Both the position numbers and the translations under genes were made by a program. A stretch of 64,000 nt of DNA from the human T2T-CHM13v2.0 reference genome, Homo sapiens. The stretch lies in NCBI RefSeq assembly GCF_009914755.1, contig NC_060942.1. One strand, 5' to 3'. The notes under the pieces are model-generated. The model did no database searches and was not told where the DNA came from. It saw only the letters and a program-made list of their open reading frames with translations. Below, one piece after another: positions 39,111 to 53,535 of this stretch. How positions within the stretch are numbered: the stretch's first letter is position 1; each line of letters opens with the position of its first letter.

Positions 39111-42100
39111 ACAATTCAAATATATTTGAATTGTTATTTCTTTTATTTAAATTGTTACTTTATTTAAAAATATTTAAATTGTTATTTCTTTTATTGGAAT
39201 ATATTTACATTATGTGAATATATATTTAAATATATTCTGTCATGTCACTTCCAATCAATATACTGAATAAATAAGTTAAATACTGTTATAATTTTAAAAT
39301 ATTGCTTGACTTGATCATCAAGACGTGTATGACAATCTTATACAACTTCTTAGTGGGTATATTTGAAAAGTGGCTTTTCTGGCTTCCTTACTTTTGAAGT
39401 CTGGGTGAAAGATGTAGCTTTCTTATGTCTGGTCTTTCTCTTTTCTGAAAGAAAAAACTATCTTGCCCATCTTTCCTACATGTTCGCTACAACATTTGGA
39501 TTCACCAGAAATTTTGCAATTTGGAGGAGCTGGGCTTTTAAAAAATTTTTTGTTGATTCGATTTATATTTTCAAAGTGTAAATCTTACCCTTTGGTCATG
39601 CTATTTACAGTGAAAATTGAATTCCAGCTCATACATACAAAATAAAGTTTAACATATGATATCATGCATGATTTTACAGAAATGCTTTTTGCTTTAGTAA
39701 GAACTGGGGTGACTGAAGTGGAGTATTTGGATATACGCACAGGTATAGCTCATGAAAGTCTTAAATACATTGTAAAATGTCTGCTTCTGAATCCAGTTTT
39801 TTCTCTTGCTTTTTGATGTGGAATACAGTTTAGCCAAATTAGATTATTAATGTAAAGAATGTACTGTTGGGAAAATAAAACTGACTTTAAGAATAAATTT
39901 TGTCTTGATTGAAAAAATATTATATGTACTTTTTGAAAATAAATAGGACAATCTTTGATCTTCACTCTTCAAACTTCGTGAAGTCTGAGAAAACTTTCCA
40001 GTCAGCCAACATAAAGCAGTTGGCAGCTTTGCACATCCTATCAAATGGGTGTGAGAAAATATTACCGCATTTCACTGACATAAAGAGCTTTCTCCTGTTT
40101 ACCACAAAGTGTAAATAGACCTGTGAAGATCTTGTGACATAGCCACACAGATTCTTTAAGAACAAGTGTGAATATGGTAAACGGTTTAGGAATTTTGCTT
40201 AGAAAATGTATAGGAAAATTGGGGTCATCTGTGGCTTTGTTTCCTGAAACCTTAAATGCACAAAAATATTTGGAAATCTCGATGAATTCAGTATTAAAGA
40301 AAATCTATTATTTTAACAAATAAATAGATTTTAAATGTAAAAACAACAACAACAAACAGAAAAAATTCCCTGATCTTGATGATACAACCGTCCTTCTCTT
40401 AGTACCACCTAGTTTGTAGTGGAACTGTGATAGGAATTATTTCATAGAGTGATTTGCTCTCACATTAGATATTGATAATAATTATCATTTGGAGTTATTG
40501 GTTATGTGCTCTCATTTTAATTTCCTTTTAACATTTTAGCATTTCCGGAAACAGTTACATTGTCATCTTTGTCATTTAATCGATATGAGGTTCTACAAGA
40601 TGATGTTTACATAGTAATGTAAATTTCAGATACAGTCACCTGCCTAAATTTAGAAAGTGGTAGAACCTTTAACAATATCAGGCTTGTGCAGTGTTATTTC
40701 CCATAAAATGTGCACCATGTCTATTAGCCACCTGGAAATAGTGCTAAGCTGCTAAGCACATTCTTATACAAAAATAAGATTAGGTGGGGCTATACAGTTC
40801 CAGCAGAGCTAATATTAATTTTATTTTTGGCTTAAGGTCTCAAGAAATATTTTGGCTTTTTTATTTGGCACCATTAAGTTGGATTAGATTGCATAAGAAA
40901 ATTGGGATAGTTTGTGGCTTTGTTCACTAAAACCTTGGCATGAGTATAAATATTTTAAAATGCTGATGAATTGACTGTCAGGTTTCCATACACACAGGTA
41001 AAATATGTAGAACAGATTATATATACATGTATATGTATATATAATATTGTATATTATGTTTATTCCATATATATTCTATATAATACAGAAATAGGCTGCT
41101 AAGCTCAAATGTATGACATAATCTCTTTAAGTCTCAAAATTTGTACACTGGTGAGAAATTTCAGCAATATTTTAGAGCAGAGCTTTCTTGAACCTGCTTG
41201 GCATCCCAAGTACTTCATAAGAGTAGTTAAATGATGTATCCACCAAGAAGATTCTAAATTGTCTGAACCTAAATTTGTACTTGGCAGGCGAAGCACCATA
41301 AAGGCTTCAAGTTGATCAGCCTGCCAGAAAACAGGAATTTTATTTTTCCAAGACTCATAACAAATGATGCATTGACACTTTATAAAACGGATTATGGATT
41401 TTGGATCTCTCTGTATTTCTTTATTCATATTATAAAGAAGTCACACTGGTCACTTTTTTTCTCTGATCTATGAGGTTATTATTATAATGTAATTTTTAAG
41501 CCCCTTAAAGCTTATAGAAAACACAGCAATGACATCAAGATACTATGTGGAGAGACTCTGAAATAGTTTATTTTTAAAGAATTGGAGTTTTAAAAATCAT
41601 TGAACATTATCTTAGAAACGTAATATTTTTATCACTATTTTTTCTCAAATAATTTTACTGAAAACCTAGCCTAAAGGAAAGGCATCACATAGATTTGCAC
41701 CAGTGACATATTGCTTCAATAACACTAGTTAATAGCAATAGCTTGAAGAGGGAGCAATGAAGAGTAAGCTAGCAAAAGGTCATGCTTACTGTATTAATTC
41801 CATGCCAATTCTTTAAAATAGAGGTAATATCTATCTGATCAGATAATGCCATTTAAAATTTAATAACGACTCTTGGCAAACATGACATTGTTTTAAACTT
41901 TGTGTTTATGCTCATTTTATGTTACAATGCTTTTGGAAAGTAAAATATCTAAGCTTTAAATTATTGGCAAGTTGTTCAGATTTATTTTATATTATTAAGT
42001 TGCCTGCTTTGGCGAATTATTTTCTGTCTCTGTACAATTTAAAAGCCTCTCATTTGCACCAACTAGCAGAGATGGAAGCTGTCTGTATAATTTGCTACAG

Positions 42101-42885
42101 CGTAAGGATTTTTAAAATAGAATATTTAAGCATGAACAAATCTTGAACTACACACATATGATTCCATATGGCCATTTACTGTAATGGTTTCATTTATCTC
42201 ATCATCACAGCTATAGTCTTCCATTTAATAGTCTGTGTACTCTTGCAAAAGTTCATATATATGTATATATGCTTTAGATCTATACAAAATGCATTTTCAT
42301 ACTCATCATTTGTGCATGTTTGACAGGCCACATTTTATAATACAATAAAGTGTTTATTTTCCTGAATATTAAAAACAGATTCTTTTTTCTTTTTATCAGA
42401 GTATATGTCATCGTATCTATCATAATGGTTGTTTCTTAGCATTGTGCTTTTAATCTGTATTAATCTATTTTCTCACTGCAAATGGCTTTTGTTATTTTGT
42501 GTGCATTACAGGTCCTATGCTTTTTAGGAAAAAAAAAATTCAACAAAGGTTTCATTTTCTATAGATTAAGATAAAGCAATAACGATAAACAATAAGACAA
42601 AAATCTTTTTAATGTCTCTTTTATCCTGCCATGGAAGTTTAACTTCTGCCAAAAATGCTTTTCTTTCTGCCCCATTTCATTTTTCAGATAATACATAAAA
42701 TGTCACTTGGGAGAGACTTTCCTAAGTACATAGGGATTTTTTGGATTGCAATACACTGTTTGCTCCTTTCAAAGATTTAGTTAAAAGTTGTGATTGTTAG
42801 TTTGGTTTATTGTTTATGATTGTTAGCAACATTCAGGATGGCAGAAGTGATGTCTATTTTGTTCACTTTCAAGGAGCAGGTCAGC

Positions 42886-43090
42886 GGTGGATATTCAACC
42901 CACTTTATTTTGTTGTTGTTGTTGTGCTGTGTTTTGTTTTGTTTTAGGCTTTCAGCAGCCGGAAACCTTGGTTTTTAGCTTCTGTTTCTAGTGATAGGTG
43001 GAAAAGAGGGATGAGGAAGGGGTTTTACTACCCCAGTCAGAAACAGAAACTAAGAACCCAAGACTGTGTCCTCTCCCTTGGATACCCTTA
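42886..43090 (-). mobile_element. MER30B-like hAT MITE
   Basis: The reverse strand reads GGGTATCCAAGGGAGAGGACACAGTCTTGGGTTCTTAGTTTCTGTTTCTG...AAAACAAAAC...AACAACAAAATAAAGTGGGTTG. Confidence 0.75.
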
Positions 43091-44851
43091 GACAAAGGGC
43101 CACACTAAGGGATCTAGAATTCTCAGATCACGGGTTTAGTTAGTAGGAAAGTATAACCTGCTACCTGAAGGATGAGAAGCCAGGGGGAAGAGAGTCTGCG
43201 GAGAGTGGGGAGCGTGCTCCTGCAGAGCAAACAGGTTGCACCAAGGAGAAGGTGGAGGTGAGGTTGTGCAAGGAATGGACACATCCAGGTAGCCGACACA
43301 GGGGATGTGGAAGATGGAGTGACAAAGAGGAAGCCAGAGGGATGGACAGGCCTGGACCTCACAGTCCCTTTGAGCTATGATGAGGAGATTGAATGAACTC
43401 AAAGGACAGTGTCAGGATGAGAAGACTAATTGTTGTGTAATTTAATAGGAGATATTTTAGCTTAAAAATATCCAAAGTGGAAGTATGCCAAATGTATTCC
43501 TGAAATACTCTAAAAAATTTATAGTGAAAACAGTTGATATTTTGAAGCTGCAGAATTTTCATATGAAAAGGTGGTAGCTCAGGATTCAAATTTCCTCAGT
43601 TTCCAAACTGGGTTGACCCCTTCTAACTGTATGACTTGTCTGGATACATCAGAGCCTAAGCCCTAGTTTCTTTATCATTAAGACGGGGATAATAATAGTA
43701 CTGACTATTCCACTGATTGATATCAACATTATATAGAAATTGGAACTGCAACTTTATTACATACAGAACATTTTTGTAAATTTCATTTTTCCTATGCTTT
43801 TCCTGTTTTTTTTTTTTTTTTAAGTACACCATTTCTCTTTCAAGAGACAGAGGGAAAAACACACAAAAAAGTAAATGGTACAATTAGTATGTCAAGGTGA
43901 CTTACTAATGACTTGTATAACAGAGAAAAATGTATGCTTTGCCTGCAAGATAGCTAGGGCTAAACAATCTGCAGGCCTTTTCCCTTTTAATAGAAGAATT
44001 CAATGAGGCCCATGCTATTCTTGTCTCCTTTTATACTAAGGATATTTAATGAAAGGCAGTTTTATGTAATTGGTCCAAGATCATCGTCTAAAAAGTGGCA
44101 GAGTAAGACTCTACCTGATAGAGGCTGGTGTCCACTGACACATTAAGTTCTTCTTTGGCAACAAATAATATTTTTTAGTAATATTATATATACTTTGTAG
44201 ACCCTTAACATTTTATTTATTTGGTTATGTACTACATTCAAAAATATTTGCAGGAATCATGGTGGCCTGATTGTATGAGCATTTTTACAATGCAAAAATC
44301 GGTACAAGAAACCAGAGTCAACATCGTTAAAATATTTTCCCACGTATCAGCGGCCCTGTCCTACAACCACTGGCAAATACTTTCATAGTTGTCTGAGCTA
44401 AAATATGAAGAGTGCACACATTTGTATAGGGAAATGAAGACTTTAGTGCATGCATATGTGTGTTAACCAGTCTCATCTCAAGCAAGTTTTCCTTGCCTGA
44501 GAAAACTTTTTAAAACAGGAAATACTCTCCAAGTTCAAGGACTGACTGATTAAGCCCAACTCATTTTTATTTAGTCAGATGTGAAAAAATACACAGTTAA
44601 TTGGTAGGCAAGATCTCAATGTACCAGAATCCAATTATGGCATCTTCAAAACACTAGTGAAATAAAAGTTAATGAGACATTTAAAGACATTACAATTTTA
44701 TGATACTGATTTATTTTGAAAACTAGCAAGGATAAATTTAAGTTTAATATGCTGAATTAAATTCTCTGTCTTCACTTTGGAATTTCAACCAAAAGAAATA
44801 TCATTAAATAGTGAATAGTAAATATATATATGTAGTTGTATATGTAAATAC

Positions 44852-44875
44852 ATATATATATATATATATATATAT
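44852..44875. repeat. (AT)12 microsatellite
   Basis: Perfect AT run. Confidence 0.9.
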
Positions 44876-46764
44876 TTGCTGTGTTTCTAATTAAGAGTTC
44901 CTTTTGTTCTTTTCTTTTTTATATTGGTGTTGGAATTTGGTCAGTTGTATTCTTATTGCCCTCTGAATTATAGTAAATGAAGGGAACAAAATACTCCAAA
45001 TCAGCAATAATTGAAACATGACTGGACATATACCAATGCTAACAAAAATAATTACAACCATGAGTCTATATTATTACAAGTGTTACAATGAAGAGTGAAG
45101 TGGTTTGACATCTCTATATAACACTTGTTAAAATGTTTTTTCTCTACAATTAAAAGTTAATATTAAGTTTAAAATTATAAGGTCTATTAATAAGATAGCC
45201 TTAATATTCATCTTTTAAAATATTATATAGTCTTTTTTTCCCAATGATTAAAGGCTTATTTTGTAAGTTAGTTAAAGTAATGAAACCCATTCAGTTGATT
45301 AAATAGATGGGTCATAAGGAGGTGATTTATGATCTGTAACTATATAAAAGCAGATGAAAAAAAGTGAGAGGATTTAATGTCATGCACATAAAATATTATA
45401 TAAGATTATTTACACCAGAAAAGCGTATCTGAGAATAAAAATGGGTAATTATATACAGCCATGGAACTTTATTAATTTACAAATTAAGCTGCATATTTTC
45501 AGCACTTTTTAAAGCAAAAATTCTACTTACTATATTCTCAATATACCTAAATTAAACTGTTGAATAAAGAATTGGGTATATGTATTGTTACATATGGTAT
45601 ACCTTTACAAATTAATTTGTGTGTTGGTATTTGTATGGAAAGTTGATTTTAATTCCTTTACAAAGCTTTGCATTGGGCTAAGACTCTGTGTAGTGTTATC
45701 TATGCTGTAAAGTTTCCTCATTTCTAAGCGATAGTCATAACTTCTTCAGTACCCCTTAGATTACCTTGACCATACCTAAGAATCTAACACTGACTTGACA
45801 CATATTACATAATAAAGTTATTGAACAAATGCACATATTTGTTATAATGTGAATTATGTATCTTTAAAACTTAACTCTGCTTCTCTCACCCACCAGACTG
45901 TAAAATCTTTGACACACAAGAACCATGTCTTTTTCATAATATTTTATTTTTGACCTTATCACAATATTAACCACAGTAAGAAATTAATTCATGTAGAAGT
46001 TAGATGTGCTTTTGCCTGAAAATAACAGAAAACTCAACCATCATAACTTAAATAAATATAGGTTATCCTGCTCACATAGCAAAGGATTCAGAGGTATGCA
46101 TTCTACGTGTCATGCCATAATTCACACCTTAAATCAGTCTCTTATCTTCATGATTCACCATTTTGAATGTTATGAGAAGGCTGTTATACTCACCTTCTTC
46201 CAGAACTATGTCCTTATTCAAACACACGGAAGGCAGAGGAAAGAGAGTTCCTCATTGTGATGTTCTCATATTTTTCTAGATGGGAAATCTTCTCAGTACC
46301 CTTCATCTCACATCCCAGCCGCCAGAGCCAGACCCTATGGCTGCCTTGAGACTAGTCAATAGTCAACAGATGAAGGGCATCATGGAAAATGTAGACTATG
46401 ATTCAACCTCTGGGACTGGGATAGAGGCTTGTTAACCTATAGATCAATAGGTTGTGCATTCTGCCTGAACAAATTGAGGCTTAGCAGGGATAAAGAAAAC
46501 CATTATGTAGTTAGTGGACAATAAATATTACAATTTGTATTTCGTAGTGGACAATGTTACAATAGATATGACCTAAGTAGAACTGGAATTGTCAAAATGA
46601 ATTATTTATGTCATATGCTATCTTCAATTGCATCTTTATATTTTTATTTGTATTTGGCAAAATTGAATACGAGCATTTTCTGTTTCTTAGTGGATAGTTA
46701 CAAGTGTTTAAATTCCTCTGTATTTTTAGTTACACTGGAAAAATATGCAATATTGAAAAAGCAC

Positions 46765-47076
<312 letters not shown>

Positions 47077-47100
47077 TCAAAAAAAAAAAAAAAAGTGTAG

Positions 47101-47817
<717 letters not shown>

Positions 47818-47872
47818 TGAAGGTCATATATAGTGATGGGGAGGAAGAAGGAAGTGACAAATGCAATGGTGA

Positions 47873-48212
47873 TTATACTAGCCTGCCAGGGCCACCATAA
47901 CAAAGTACCATAATCACAGTGGTTTAAGCAACAGAAATTCATTTTCTTACAATTGTAGAAGCTAGAAGTACAAGATCAACATGCTAGCAGGGTTGGTTTC
48001 TTCTGAGGCCTCTCTCCTTGGCTTATAGAAAGCCGTTTTCTCCCTGTGTCTTCACATGGTCTTTTCTCTGTACACATGTCTGTGTCTTAAGGTCTTCTTG
48101 TAAGGACACCATCATTAGGCCCACCCTAATGACCCTAATTTAACTAAATCACCTCCCTAAAGGCCCTGTCTCCACCAACAGTCACATTCTGAGGTACTGG
48201 GGGTTAGGAGAC
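47873..48212 (-). mobile_element. MLT1A0-like MaLR LTR
   Basis: ccataacaaagtacca...gggttggtttcttctgaggcctctctccttggctt...cagtcacattctgaggtactgggggttagg. Confidence 0.85.
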
Positions 48213-49120
48213 CTAACAAGAAAGATATGTATATGTATCCTTCGTCTGACTTCAATACTTTCCGTGAACAACACATCTTATTTTATTGCTTGTCAAAATA
48301 TTATAGTACAGATGATTGCAATGCTCATTCTTGAGAGAATTAAGGAATGAATCATCCTAGGTAACCTGGAATCCACATACTACTTAAAAAATAAAATAAA
48401 AGTGAAGTATCATCGAGATTTTACTGGAACTTGACTATTCATTGAGATTTTATTTGAAATTGTCTTTCATTTCAAACTTATAAACCAGGGCAAATTTAAA
48501 TTGTAGGCAAATACCAATAGCATGAGTCCTGTGAAGTTTTTGAGTTACGCTCTAAGAGTGTCGTGCAGTTGTTGCTCTAGTACTGATGTCCATGTTTATT
48601 AAAACGCCCCATTAAATTCTATTTAGATGTGACTCATGAATTAAAGCAATAAGGGGAACTAAAATGAAGCAATAAGCAAGCTTTTTAAAATATTCAACAG
48701 CTTCCTGAAAATTCTATCTTGTCTTTCAAAAATGTTAAAAAATAATTGCTTTGAAACTGTAAGTGTCTTATGACAAAAGAAACTTGAAAGAGGAATTCAT
48801 CAACTCATTAAAAATTATTTACAGCTGTTCAAGTTTGTGCAGAGTTATTTTTAGCTGCGATTAGAAAAAGAGAACAAACAAGAGTTAAAGCAGAACTTTT
48901 GAGAAATGTATTTTTTTTATGAGAAAGTAGAACATAGAAAAAAACAAGCTCAAAGAAGAATGCAAGTAAGTGTGGCCACACAACACTTTCAGGGAATGAT
49001 AATGAAATAAAAATATGAATTGGTTGTGGTATCGTAACATTTATTTCTTTATGAAAATGTTTTGTCATCATGATTTTTCTCCAGGAGGTTTAAATATGTT
49101 TTGTTTTGTTTTGTCTTCAG

Positions 49121-49341
49121 GAACAAGGTGTGGTTATTGATTCTCTAAAATTAAGTGAGGAGATGAAGCCCAATCTAGATGGTGTTGATTTATTCAACAA
49201 TGGTGGTTCTGGAAACGGTGAAACGAAAACTGGGCTGAGACTGAAAGCAATAAATCTGCCTTTGGAAAATGAAGTAACTGAAATTTCAGCTTTGCAGGTG
49301 CATTTGGATGAATTCCAAAAAATCTTATGGAAGGAAAGAGA
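49121..49341 (+). CDS. CCDC102B: CCDC102B second coding exon (221 nt, phase 0 to 2)
   Basis: Acceptor ttttgtcttcag| and donor GA|GTAAGT. EQGVVIDSLKLSEEMKPNL...QKILWKER is in frame with the previous exon. Confidence 0.95.
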
Positions 49342-49885
49342 GTAAGTGCTAATCATTGTCTCCCTTAACCAAGTCTAAGTTTCAAATCACTTAAAATTGT
49401 TAATACAGATAGATTGGTCATTTGATAATGTATTTTATCCATGTTTAGTCATTAAGTTTTAGGATTTAAAGAAATTAGTTTGATATATATTCATATGTTG
49501 AATTTTAAAATGTAGTTTATAACTTGTTAGTGTTTTCCATTCTTTTAAGTTGACTTTTATCATGACTATGTTTTTATCTTCTCTGGTAGATTCACTTTAA
49601 TTGTATATGAATTCTTAATGTACAAGGTTAAAATATCCAGTGTATTATTTAAGTTTGACAGCATCTTGGACTTGGTCAGTAAAAATGAATAAATATGTTA
49701 ATATTAATAGTGGAAAAATCACAATTTTGTGAGATATTTATTACAGAAAAAGTAGTCTTATACATGGACCATTAAGGGCATCAGGCTTTTGCTTAATTGG
49801 CCTGGATATTCATCTTTGGTCTGATGTCTTCTAGCTATGTGATGTTGGCTGTTGCCCCTTTGTGAAAATAGCTGTAGTGCTGTTA

Positions 49886-50412
49886 TGTTCCAGTTATCTA
49901 TTATCTTGAAACAAACTTTTCCAAGTAATTATCATTAAAACATATCAACAGCAACCACCCTGTCTTCTGTTCAAGAATCGCGAGCATGGCTTGGCATGGA
50001 CATTGTATCTCTCACTTGTGCCTTCAGTTGCAAGGGCTCAAAGGCTGGCAATGCATGGAAGGCTGGGGGCTGCAGCCTCTTTCACTCATATCTGGCAGTC
50101 CATCTCGGTTTTCATCTATGCCTCAGTTGGGACACCTGCACTGGGGCTATTTAAGGGGGTGCTTGGCTTCCTCACAACATTGGGGCTAGGTTGCAAGTGA
50201 ACATCTTAAGAACACAGAGAGAAGAAAACGCCATTTGAATGATTCTGCCTCAAAAGTCAGACCCACTTATCGGTGGTGAGAATCTCAAAGTCTGACTCAG
50301 ATTAAAGAGAGAGAGGCACTTTCAATGGAAGGAGTGTGAAAACAATTTTATAATAAGGGTGTGTGGGATGCAGTCATTGTGGCAATGATCTTTGCAAAAT
50401 ACAGTCTGTCAT
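49886..50412 (-). mobile_element. MLT1H-like MaLR LTR
   Basis: tgttccagttatctatt...ttcactcatatctggcagt...gcttggcttcctcacaacat...gatctttgcaaaatacagtctgtcata. Confidence 0.65.
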
Positions 50413-52108
50413 AGCCTTTCTCAGTGAATTCTCATAAAGATCAAGAACAAATAACATCTGGGAAAGAGAATAGTAATATGAAATGTTCAATATGGATTTT
50501 CGTTTCTATGCAATCAGCTTACAATTTTATTAGCACAATGTGGAATATGTAATATATAAATAAGGTTCCAAAATCTAAAAATAATTATTTTTTATCTCTT
50601 AGTTATAAAAATCTTAATAGGCAGAACCAGAAAAGCAAGAAGGATATGTATGCATATATACACACAATGTATTATATAAGTATATATTATATAACAGTTT
50701 TAATTTTCCTGGCTTGAATGGACTGAAATAGGGATAAATATGCATGCTAGCCATTCACAAATACAGTAAGTTCTTTACCACTTACTTTCTGCCAGAAGTT
50801 TCTCATTAGTCCCTCTGAAATTTACTAGTGCCACCAATTCCCTTTTTCAGATTCTTCATCTGTATTTCACTAGATTAGTAGATTGTGATCATACAAGTAT
50901 CTATGTACAGAATAAATATTTATTACTCTACCAAGTGTAAATTCCTAATAGAGGCAACCAACATTAGTAGAAAACAGAATAAAAATGAATTTAATTTTTA
51001 GGCTCGTACACATAGTGACAATTTTATCTAGCCCTATACATTTCAGTCACATTCTAATCTCCGTGGTTTTACTTCTTGAAGCATTTAACTTTTTGGTAAT
51101 TATAGACTTCTCTCCAGCCCACATACAATATTACTTCCCCAGTGCAGTCTAATAGGAGCAATGCAGAGCTGTGTTTTTCTAGATGTAAACTTCTATTCTA
51201 AGGTGTCAGTTTTAAAGATATGCATGTTCTGTCTTAACACGCTTATCCATATACATATACACAACATATACTTTTTACTTTCTTGGAATAAATGAACAAT
51301 TCTCAGAGTAAGTACATTCTGCAGTTCTCAGTGACTTCAGTCTATAATCCATAGACAGGCCAAAGAATAAGAGAAAAAAGGAAGCTTTCCATGGCTTTGT
51401 CTTCCTACTCTCCTCTTTTAAGAAACAATCCCACGGACGTGATGAGTCATGGTTCCTGTGTCCATGAATCAACATTTGCATGCAATCCGCATGAGGCAAT
51501 CAGTCTTTTTTTCTATCACAAGAGAACATTTTCCAAGAATATAGGATATGCTATTACTTATAAATCCATCTAATCTTTTAAATTCTTCTTCCTGGAATAT
51601 CAGTGAGTGGGTGGCTTCGACTGAGATGTGAATGTATTTTTTTCTGCATTCCCATCTAGTGGGAAAATTCTCTTCTTGACTAGTGCACAGAAATCAACTC
51701 AGAAAACTCAGGGACTCATTTTTTTCCATTGTCCTTGACTAGAACCTCCTCATCAAATAGATGAAACTTTATAGTTTTCTTTGCACTCTGAGTACTGTTC
51801 AGTTTTATGAATAATTATCCAGTGTATAAAAGTTTCTCATATACTGAGAATTTATATATTTCTGTTGACTTTCATAAAGACTTCCCGGGTAGAAAATTTG
51901 GAGTAAGGCCAGGAAAGCTGATCCTCTTATAGGCCTATGTGTACCTAAACATTTGGGAAGCTGAGGTTTGGCAATACCAAATCTCAAGTAACAGAGACTG
52001 AGATAAAATAATTTGAACTGTCCCAAACTTCAGAATCAGTTTTCAAATTTCACTGCAGAGACCTCCTTTATCACTTGTAAAATGTTTGTTCTGTGTCCTT
52101 TAAGCTGA

Positions 52109-52453
<345 letters not shown>

Positions 52454-52899
52454 CATTTTGTCTTCTTAATTTATTTTCTATGTAAGAAAAGTAGCATGCT
52501 TCATTAAATGTTCAATTTTTTTCTTAATGAGATTTAAAATCCAGGTTAGAAGCTTCAGCAAATTAAAAATGCTACAAAGGATATTATTTTTTATATATGT
52601 ATGAAAGACACAGATTTCTACTTTACATATTTAAGAAATTATATATATAAAGTATATATATATATTCCTCAATGAATACATTGACATGCAAATCTGGTTA
52701 ATACTATTTAATGTAATATTTGTAAATATTTGAAAGTCAAGCTTATTTTGTTACTTTATTAACTGTCACTCATGGAATATTCAATAAACCTTTACCATTT
52801 TTTGACTCTCCAGTGTCTATTTTGTGTTTTGGCAATTCACTGCCAAATGAAACAGAGTCTACACCTGTGCATAGATTATAAAAATGCCAGTAAGTCTCT

Positions 52900-53535
52900 A
52901 CCAGGGTTTCCTTTGCAATGAGGGTACAGACACTTGACTTAGGAATAGTGCATCAGAGGTGGCCACCTAGACTTTTAAGCCAAGCCAATACCGCAAGGCA
53001 ATAGACAGCATCTAGAATCCATACCTAAGCGAGAAGCAGCAGCAATAAAGACAACTTGTTTCCAGAGGCAGCGGTGGCCTCTGGTGCTTAGTGACACCAC
53101 TCACTGTCCCGTATTGGTGATCTTGAGGTCCCGCTGTGATGTCTCTACCTTAATGGTGGCCGAAATAGTGTGCTTACAGGAAGATTTTGATGGCTTTCTC
53201 ATCAGTGTTCCTGGCTGCATGTATTCCCCAGAAATATTTTGAGCTATAATGTCAATTTCCGCTCAAATTTGCTAATTTGAATACGTTTGCTTGCCAGACA
53301 CATATTACCAGGAGAGTGTAGAGGCAACAGACAGAGGAGGTTACAGGCAGTGGGGTCTTCATGGGACCAGTTTTGTGGCATGAGAGTTGGTCTTGGTCCC
53401 TGTCCGCTTCATCTGCAAGCCTTGTTCTATAATTCTCCTGGAGATCTGAGCTTAACAATATTCTTTAAACACTTATCTTTTCTAATTAAATTAACTGTAT
53501 ATGGCTTGGCTGTTTGCAACAGCCGAGTGCTAACA
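52900..53535 (+). mobile_element. Degenerate ERVL LTR (LTR33/LTR41-like)
   Basis: GC-richer block with gtgttcctggctgc and a 3' end gccttgttct...ctcctggagatctgagc...aatattcttt...gctgtttgcaac resembling LTR33. Confidence 0.45.

Noticed and set aside
52958-53083. Palindrome AGGTGGCCACCT and stem-loop CCAGAGGC-N7-GCCTCTGG
   Set aside because: Both are short, lie within a probable old LTR, and are expected by chance in 64 kb.
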